Assembly: GCA_014905635.1 (NCBI GenBank)
Contig: JABVCE010000011.1
Location: 1,054,001-1,118,000 of the forward strand
Source of the DNA: Scenedesmus sp. PABB004
Lineage: Eukaryota
Reading direction: 5' to 3'
DNA: 64,000 nt
The position numbers were made by a program, and so were the translations under genes. Under the pieces are notes generated by a model. The model was not told the origin of the DNA, did not search any database, and saw nothing but the letters and a program-made list of their open reading frames with translations. Below, piece after piece: positions 58,136 through 64,000 of the stretch (the stretch's first letter is position 1; the number at the start of each line of letters is the position of its first letter).

Positions 58136-61021
58136 TGCGTGCGTGGGCGCGGGCGCGGGCGCTGGGCGGCGCCGCGCGCCGCGCGCCGCGCGCGGCCGGG
58201 CGCTGCGCCGCGCCGCCGTCACAGGCCTCCTCACCGGTCGATGTTGCCGAGCGTGAGCTCCAGCGCGATGTACTCCCGGAACAGCTTGTCCTTGGGGCAG
58301 CTGCCCAGCGCGAGGCCGAGGATGCGCCGCGCCGCGGGGAGGCGCTTCGACCGCACCTCGAGCTTCGCCGCGAGGAGCCAGAGCTTGGCAAACGTGAAGG
58401 AGCCGTGCGGGACGAGCTTCAGCGCCGCCCTGCGGCGGCGGCGCAGCGTTGTGGGCGCCCCGCGCTGGCCCCAGCCGCCGCCCGCGCCCCGGCCGCCCAA
58501 TCCGCCCCCTCCGGCCCCCTCCTCGCCGCGGCGCTCGGCGCGCACGCGCGCGCGCGGCGCGCACCTGTAGACCTCGCGCGCGCGGTCGGCGTCGCCGGCG
58601 TCGAGCTCCTCGAAGAGCGCGTACTTTATCCACAGGTACACGTAGCGCCGCCAGTAGCGCTTGTCCGCCCCCGGCGGCAGGTTGGCGACCGCGCGCTCGT
58701 ACACCTGCGAGGTGCGCGCGGGCGTGGGTGTGAAGGGGGGGCGGCGGGTGCGTGGGTGTGGGTGTGGGGAGGGGGCGGGGTCAGGCCGGCGGCGCGAGGG
58801 CCGGGAGCCAGCGGGCGCGGCGGGCGGCGGCGCGGCGCGCGCGCGTGCCTCGCGGATGCGCTCCGTGTCGTGCGTCGACTCCTCGAGCTTCACGTAGTCG
58901 AACCACGCGTCGTAGTTGAGCGGGTCGGCCTTGACCTGGGCCTCGTACGTGAAGCGCCGCTTCGACAGCACCACGTCCTCAATGCCCTCCCTGCCGGACG
59001 CGCCACGGCCACGCGGCGGCGCGGTCACGCGGCGGCGGCGTGAGCGTCAGCGCGGCGGCGCGCGAGCGCGGCGGCGCCGCGCCCACGCGCGGGCCGGGCC
59101 GTCCCCTCCTGCTCCCGCCCGCACCCTCTCCCCCCCCTGCCTCCCTCCCTCCCTCGCTCCCCCCGGCCGCGCGCCGCGGGGGCCGCACCGCGAGCCGTGC
59201 TGCTTCTCGAACGCGACGAAGCGCGCGTAGAGGCCCTGCGCGGCGGCCTTGGGCAGGTGGTCCAGCGCGTAGCGAAAGATCGCGCGCGCGCGCTCCGGCT
59301 CCTTGACCAGCTCCTCAAACTCGGCAAAGCGCAGGAAAAACTCCTCCTGGCGGCGGCGGTTGGTGTTGTGTGCGGGAGAAGGGCGCGCGCGCCGCAGGGA
59401 GAGACAGGGCGTGAGCCCGGGGCGTGTGGTGCGCGCGCGGCGGCGGCGCGCGGGCGGCGCGGGGGCCAGCCGCACCGTGTGCGCATCCTCGCCGAGCGCC
59501 TCCAGCGCGCGCTCGTAGCAGCTGCGCGCGCGCTCCACCTGGTTGTGCTGCAGCTCAAACTGCGGGGCGGCGCGCGGCGCAGCTGGAGCCGCCACTGCGC
59601 CGCGCGGCGCGCCCCGCCCCGCCCCGCGTTGCGCGGCCCCGGGCGGCGCGGCGCGGCGCGGCGCGCGCACCTTTGCGTAGCGCACCCACGCCTTGACGCT
59701 GGGCAGCACCTCCACGTAGCGCTCGTACACGGCGCGCGCGCGCTCCACCTCGGCGTAGCGCAGCTCAAACTGCGGCGACGCGCCGGCGCCCCGGCGGCGG
59801 CGGCGGCGGTCGGGGGGCCGGGGGCCGGGCGGCGGCGCGCGCGCCAGACACCCATACACCCACACACCCATACACACATGTTCACAAACAAAACAACAAA
59901 CAGACGCGTTTGCACAGCCCCACCTTGATGTAGGCCATCCACGCGGCGTGGTCGGGCTCAAAGCTCATCCAGCGGTCAAAGATGAGCCGCGCCTTGGCGG
60001 TCTCCTTGACCATCTCCTCCATGTGGATGTACTTGTACCACAGCTGGTCCACGCGCGGCAGCAGCGACACCGCGCGGTCCCACACGTTGCGCGCGTGGTT
60101 GACGAAGCGGTGCCGCATCTCCATCTCGGCGTACTGCCGCGCGGCGCGGGCGGCGCGGGCGGCGGGCGCGGCGTGAGCGGGCGCGGCGCGGGGCGTGAGC
60201 GGCGCGCGAGGGAAGGGGAGGGGGAGGGCGGCTGGGGGACGCGTCCGCGCCGCCCGCGCCGCGCCGCGCCAGCGCCGCGCCGCGCCGCGCCGGCGCCGCG
60301 CACGCGTGGCCCACCTTGAGCCAGAAGGGGACGTTGGTGTAGTCGACGTCGATGGCCCGCTCCCACACGCTGCGCGCGCGCCGGAAGTCCTTCTGGCTCT
60401 CCTCCCACGTCGCGTACTGCGGCGCGGCGGCGCGGGGGCGGCAGTGCGGCGGGGGCGCGTCGGCGGGGCGCGCCGCCGCTGCCCCCGCCTGCCGCCGCGG
60501 GCCGCCCCGCTGCGACGCCCGCCGCCGCGCCCGCCGCCGCGCCGCACCTTGGTCCATATGCTCGGGTTCCACCGCCCCACGCGCCGCACGTTGTCCTCAA
60601 ACTCCTTGCGCTTGCGCAGCCTGCGCGCGCGCGCGCGCGCGTGCCGGGCCGCGGCCGCGGCGGCGGCGCGTGAGCGGCGGCGCCGCGCGCCGCCATGCGC
60701 CTCGCGCGCGCGCTGCTCACGCTCGCCCGCCCGCGCGCCGCCGTGCCGCGGCGCGGCGCGGCGCGGCGGCACACAGCAGCCCCTTGCAGGAGGCGCGCGC
60801 GCGCGCGCGCACCGGTACTCGGCGAGCTCCTCGGGGTCGGTGATGATGGTCTTGGGCGCGCTGAAGTCGTCCTCGAGCTGTATGTCCTTCGACTCGCGCA
60901 GCAGCTGCTCCGCCGTGATCTGGCGCGCCGCGGGCGCCTTGTTCTTCACCTTCATGCTCTTGGGCATGCGGATGTCGTTCACGCTGCGCGGCGCGGCCGC
61001 GCCGCCGCCGGGGCCGCTCAT
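56550..61021 (-). CDS. CRNKL1: Crooked-neck (CRN/CLF1/SYF3) HAT-repeat splicing factor; one apparent frameshift near C-terminus
   Basis: [114 protein letters not shown]. About 15 introns, two with GC donors. Confidence 0.96.
58051..58134. repeat. (GGGCGC)14 intronic microsatellite
   Basis: Perfect hexamer array within a crooked-neck intron. Confidence 0.9.
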
Positions 61022-61783
61022 CGCGGCTGGCGCTGCTGCTGCTGCTGCTGCTGCTGCCGCCGGCAGAGCCGCCGCCGCTGCCGCTGCCGAAGGCGCCGCC
61101 GCCGCAGGCGCTGCTCCTGCAGGCACGCCGGGTGGGCGAGGGGCTCGGCCCCGGCTGGGTGGGGCGAGCCGCCCTGGCGCGCGGGCGCCGCAGCGCGCGG
61201 GCCGCCGCCGCTGCTCGCCGCCGCCGCCGCCGCCGCCTGGAGGCGCCGCTGGCTGCCTGCCCGGCCGGGCCGCCAAGGGGCCGTGTGCGTGCCCGGGCGA
61301 TCACGCGCACGCGTGCGGCGTCTGGCTGCCGCTCAGGGCCGAGCCCTCATCAGAGCACCGCTGCTTGAGGTGGCTGCGTCGCTCGAGGGCCGCCCCGGGA
61401 TCGACGGCGTGTGCGGAGCTGAGCGTAACAGGCTCCGCACCACCTGCCGGAGCGTGTCGGCTTGACAAGCGGCGCTCGGCCTCCCCGACTTGGCTGGGGC
61501 ACGCGCAAGCCGCCCCAGGGGCCCCACATCCCGGGCTCACGACCTCGAGAGCGCTCGAACCGCGTCGCGCGGCGCGCACAACCACGCCGCGCCAGCCGCC
61601 GCGCGCCGCTGCCGCCGCTGCTGCCGCACCGCCAAGCTTTCGCCACCCAGCAGCGCGTGCAGCGCTCCTGCTGGACGCTTCAGCTTCCCCCTCACGCACG
61701 GCACAGCCGCCGAGCAGCCAGCACGCACGCGAGCGCACCGCTCGCGCGGAGCGCGCCGCCGCCGGCGGCCCGCCGGCGCGGCG

Positions 61784-62618
61784 ATGGACTGGTTTGCACT
61801 CGCCGCCGGCGGCGCCGCGCTGCTCGGCGGCGGCCGCTGGCTGGCGGCCCGGCTGGGCAGGCGGCGCCGCGCGGCGCGGGCCGGCGCGCGCGGGCAGCCG
61901 CTGCGCGCGGTCGTCGCGGCGTGCGAGGCGCGCTGGTTCCTGGAGGAGCTCAAGGTGCGGCCTGCTGCCGCCGCTGCTGCCGCTGCCGCTGCCGCTGCCG
62001 CTGCCGCTGGCAGCTCCGCCACGCCCTCCGCTGCCGCTGCTGGCGGCGCCGCCGCGCCCGGCGCCCGCCGCCCTGCCCGACTCTCGCCCGCCGCGCCCCG
62101 CCGCCAGCTCGCGGTCGCCGGCGACGCCGAGGCGATGGTGCGGGTGAGCCACATGCTGCTCAGCGGTTACGGCACGCGCCAGGACGCGAGCGCGGCGGCG
62201 ACGTGGATGCGGCAGGCGTGGTGCGCGCCCCGCCGCGCACGCTCGCGGCGCTCGGCGCGGCGGCGCGGCTGCTGGCCGCCGTCACGGAACTCGCCGGACC
62301 GCGCCCCGTCGCAGGGCGATACAGAACTACAGGGAGCCGGCGCAGCTGCACGACATGCTCGACGTGCGGGACTCGGCCATTCCGGCGCTGAACGAGGCGG
62401 CGAGCGGCGAGCGGCCGGCGGCGCGGCACGGCCAGGCCGCGGCGGCGGTGGCGGCGGCGGCGGCGGCGGCTGCTGCAGGCGGCAGCAGCCGCCGCGGCGG
62501 GCGCAGCGCTGGGGGCGGGCCTGCGAGCGGGGCGGGCGGCGGCGGCGACGGCCAGGCTGCGCAGGCCGGCGCCGGGTCGGACACGCAGGCTCAGGCGCAG
62601 GCCCAGGCGCAGCAGCAG

Positions 62619-62682
<64 letters not shown>

Positions 62683-62870
62683 TGGAGCAGCAGCAGGGGC
62701 AAGCGCAGGCCCCACGCTGCAAGCGCCCGGCCGTGCAGCAGCAGCAGCCCCGGGCGGCGCAGCAGCGCCGCCTTGCGGCAGCGGCGGCGGGGCTCATGCA
62801 GCTTCAGCAGCTGCTGCAGCAGCGAGATCAGTCCGCGGCGCTGGCGCTGCCGTCAGCGACGGTGACGTGA
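61784..62870 (+). CDS. Sel1-like repeat protein with N-terminal hydrophobic segment and poly-Q tail
   Basis: PLRAVVAACEARWFLEELK|LAVAGDAEAMVRVSHMLLSGYGTRQDASAAATWMRQA fits the Sel1 pattern G-D-x-x-A...G-x-G...A-x-x-W. Two GT-AG introns. Confidence 0.7.
62607..62696 (+). repeat. CAG poly-Q coding repeat
   Basis: Long (CAG)n tract in frame with the Sel1-like CDS. Confidence 0.9.
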
Positions 62871-63414
62871 CGCCTGGGACGGTGTCGCACCATGCTGTTA
62901 ACCGTTGCTCTGGGCAAACCAACCGAGAAAACCACCAGCGTTGCAGCAGTGTGCAGTGCGAGAGTTCTGCGGGACGTCCCGTCGGGGGGGTTCCGTCGTG
63001 CGTTGGCGCGCCGTCTGCGGGGCGCCCCGGCGCCAGCGCAGGCCCCGTCCCGCGCACCGCCCTGTTCGTGCCTCAGCCGCGCCGCTCTGGCGCTGGCGGC
63101 GGCGCGGCGGTTCCCTAAACAAAGCAGGCGCCGCGGCAGGTTCGCGGGGCCGCTCGGGGCGGGCGGCGGCGCGGCGCGTCGCAGGCCCTCGCGCCGCCAC
63201 CGAGCGCCAACCGGGCACATACAAGATATTGATGTTGGGCACGGGAATCACACGTGCACGCGACCGCAAGACAGAGCGTTCGGGTTCGCACCAGTTACCG
63301 TGATTCACGCTTGGGGGGCAGACCAACGACCGAGACGGAGGACAAGCCCGCAGACCCCCACCCCAACAGCCCCGCGCCCCACGCGCCGCCCCTCCCGCGC
63401 ACGCGCGCGCCGCC

Positions 63415-63915
63415 TCACGCGACGAGCAGCACCGCGGCGGTGGAGCAGACGACCCAGCTGCCGATCGCCATGAGCAGCAGCCAGCCGGCGTAGAGCAGCA
63501 CCGAGAGCAGCACGCTCCCGCGCACGACCGCGGCCGCGGGCGTCAGCACGCGCAGCTGGTCGGCGCGGATGCCGCACTCGCAGAGCAGGAAGGAGACCTT
63601 GAGCTTCCACTCCACCAGGTAGGCCAGGAACAGCGGCACCAGCAGCGCGCCAAAGGTATGCAGGAAGAGCACGCTCGCCAGCAGCGCCGCGTCGGGCGGC
63701 AGCGCGAGGCGCCACACGTCCATCGCGGGCGAGAGCGCGCCGAAGAAGCCGGCCATGACCTGCTCAAAGCCCCAGTGCAGCGCGGCGCTGAGCGCGCGCA
63801 GGCCCGCGTCGCCGGCGCGCGGGAGCGCCGCCGCGACGCTCAGTCCCTGCGCCGCCGTGCTGAGCACCAGCAGCGGCGCCTGGACGGTGAAGGGCTGCTC
63901 GTGGAAGAGGACGAA
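63415..63915 (-). CDS. Last exon of an uncharacterised multi-pass membrane protein (gene continues beyond window)
   Basis: Acceptor CAG at 63918-63916 opens 167 codons FVLFHEQPF...FLHTFGALLVPLFLAYLVEWKLKVSFL...LLYAGWLLLMAIGSWVVC with several hydrophobic helices. Confidence 0.7.
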   Translation of the reverse strand, partial: FVLFHEQPFTVQAPLLVLSTAAQGLSVAAALPRAGDAGLRALSAALHWGFEQVMAGFFGALSPAMDVWRLALPPDAALLASVLFLHTFGALLVPLFLAYLVEWKLKVSFLLCECGIRADQLRVLTPAAAVVRGSVLLSVLLYAGWLLLMAIGSWVVCSTAAVLLVA

Positions 63916-64000
63916 CTGGGCGGCGGCGGCGTGGCGGGGCGCGGCGGCGGTGAGCGGGGCGCCGGCGGCGCGGCGGGGCGGCGGCGGTGAGCGGGCGGCG

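Noticed and set aside
10497..58848. GC-AG introns as an introner transposon family (AG at both junctions as TSD)
   Set aside because: I see no shared internal sequence or terminal inverted repeats among these introns beyond low-complexity GC repeats. An all-vs-all alignment would be needed to exclude it fully.
61411..61440. GTGCGGAGCT...GGCTCCGCAC stem-loop in the CRN/Sel1 divergent region
   Set aside because: A 10-bp stem is plausible by chance at this GC level, and it has no snRNA, tRNA or H/ACA hallmarks.
1..64000. Hundreds of long overlapping Arg/Ala/Pro-rich ORFs on both strands (e.g. 17344-20238 +, 25187-27955 -, 54432-56456 +)
   Set aside because: Stop codons are scarce at this GC content. 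These are shadow or intron-read-through frames of the spliced genes, with no recognisable domains.
1..64000. tRNA, rRNA, transposase or viral genes; alternative genetic code
   Set aside because: None recognised. The conserved genes translate with the standard code and end in TGA or TAG, with no in-frame stops after splicing apart from the noted frameshifts.

Overview
Eukaryotic, extremely GC-rich nuclear DNA from a chlorophyte green alga. The evidence is short spliceosomal introns, TGTAA poly(A) signals after several stop codons, and plastid/mitochondrial transit-like N-termini; a Sphaeropleales-like origin is inference only. Most long ORFs in the supplied track are GC-bias artefacts. Splicing by hand gives about 24 compact genes: a protein kinase (3' part), an unknown single-exon protein, DUF455 ferritin-like, a single-pass membrane protein, EMC10-like, saccharopine-dehydrogenase-like, HflX, F-box/LRR, CEP131-like coiled coil, HSP33, RPL14, CCDC39, an unknown organellar protein, an EB1-type CH + MORN fusion, ARL6/BBS3, PfkB kinase, CTU1, a cyclic-nucleotide PDE, MUT9/MLK kinase, PurD, a bHLH factor, crooked-neck, a Sel1-like protein and a partial membrane protein. 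Main findings: (1) about 36 of about 133 hand-called introns use GC donors, always as AG|GCR(C/A)G; (2) two long near-perfect pre-miRNA-like hairpins, one in RPL14 intron 1 and one downstream of the PDE gene; (3) the CH-MORN fusion sits head-to-head with ARL6 among several ciliary genes; (4) possible bicistronic gene pairs; (5) three frameshifts at simple repeats that are probably assembly errors. All gene models are manual and have no transcript support.
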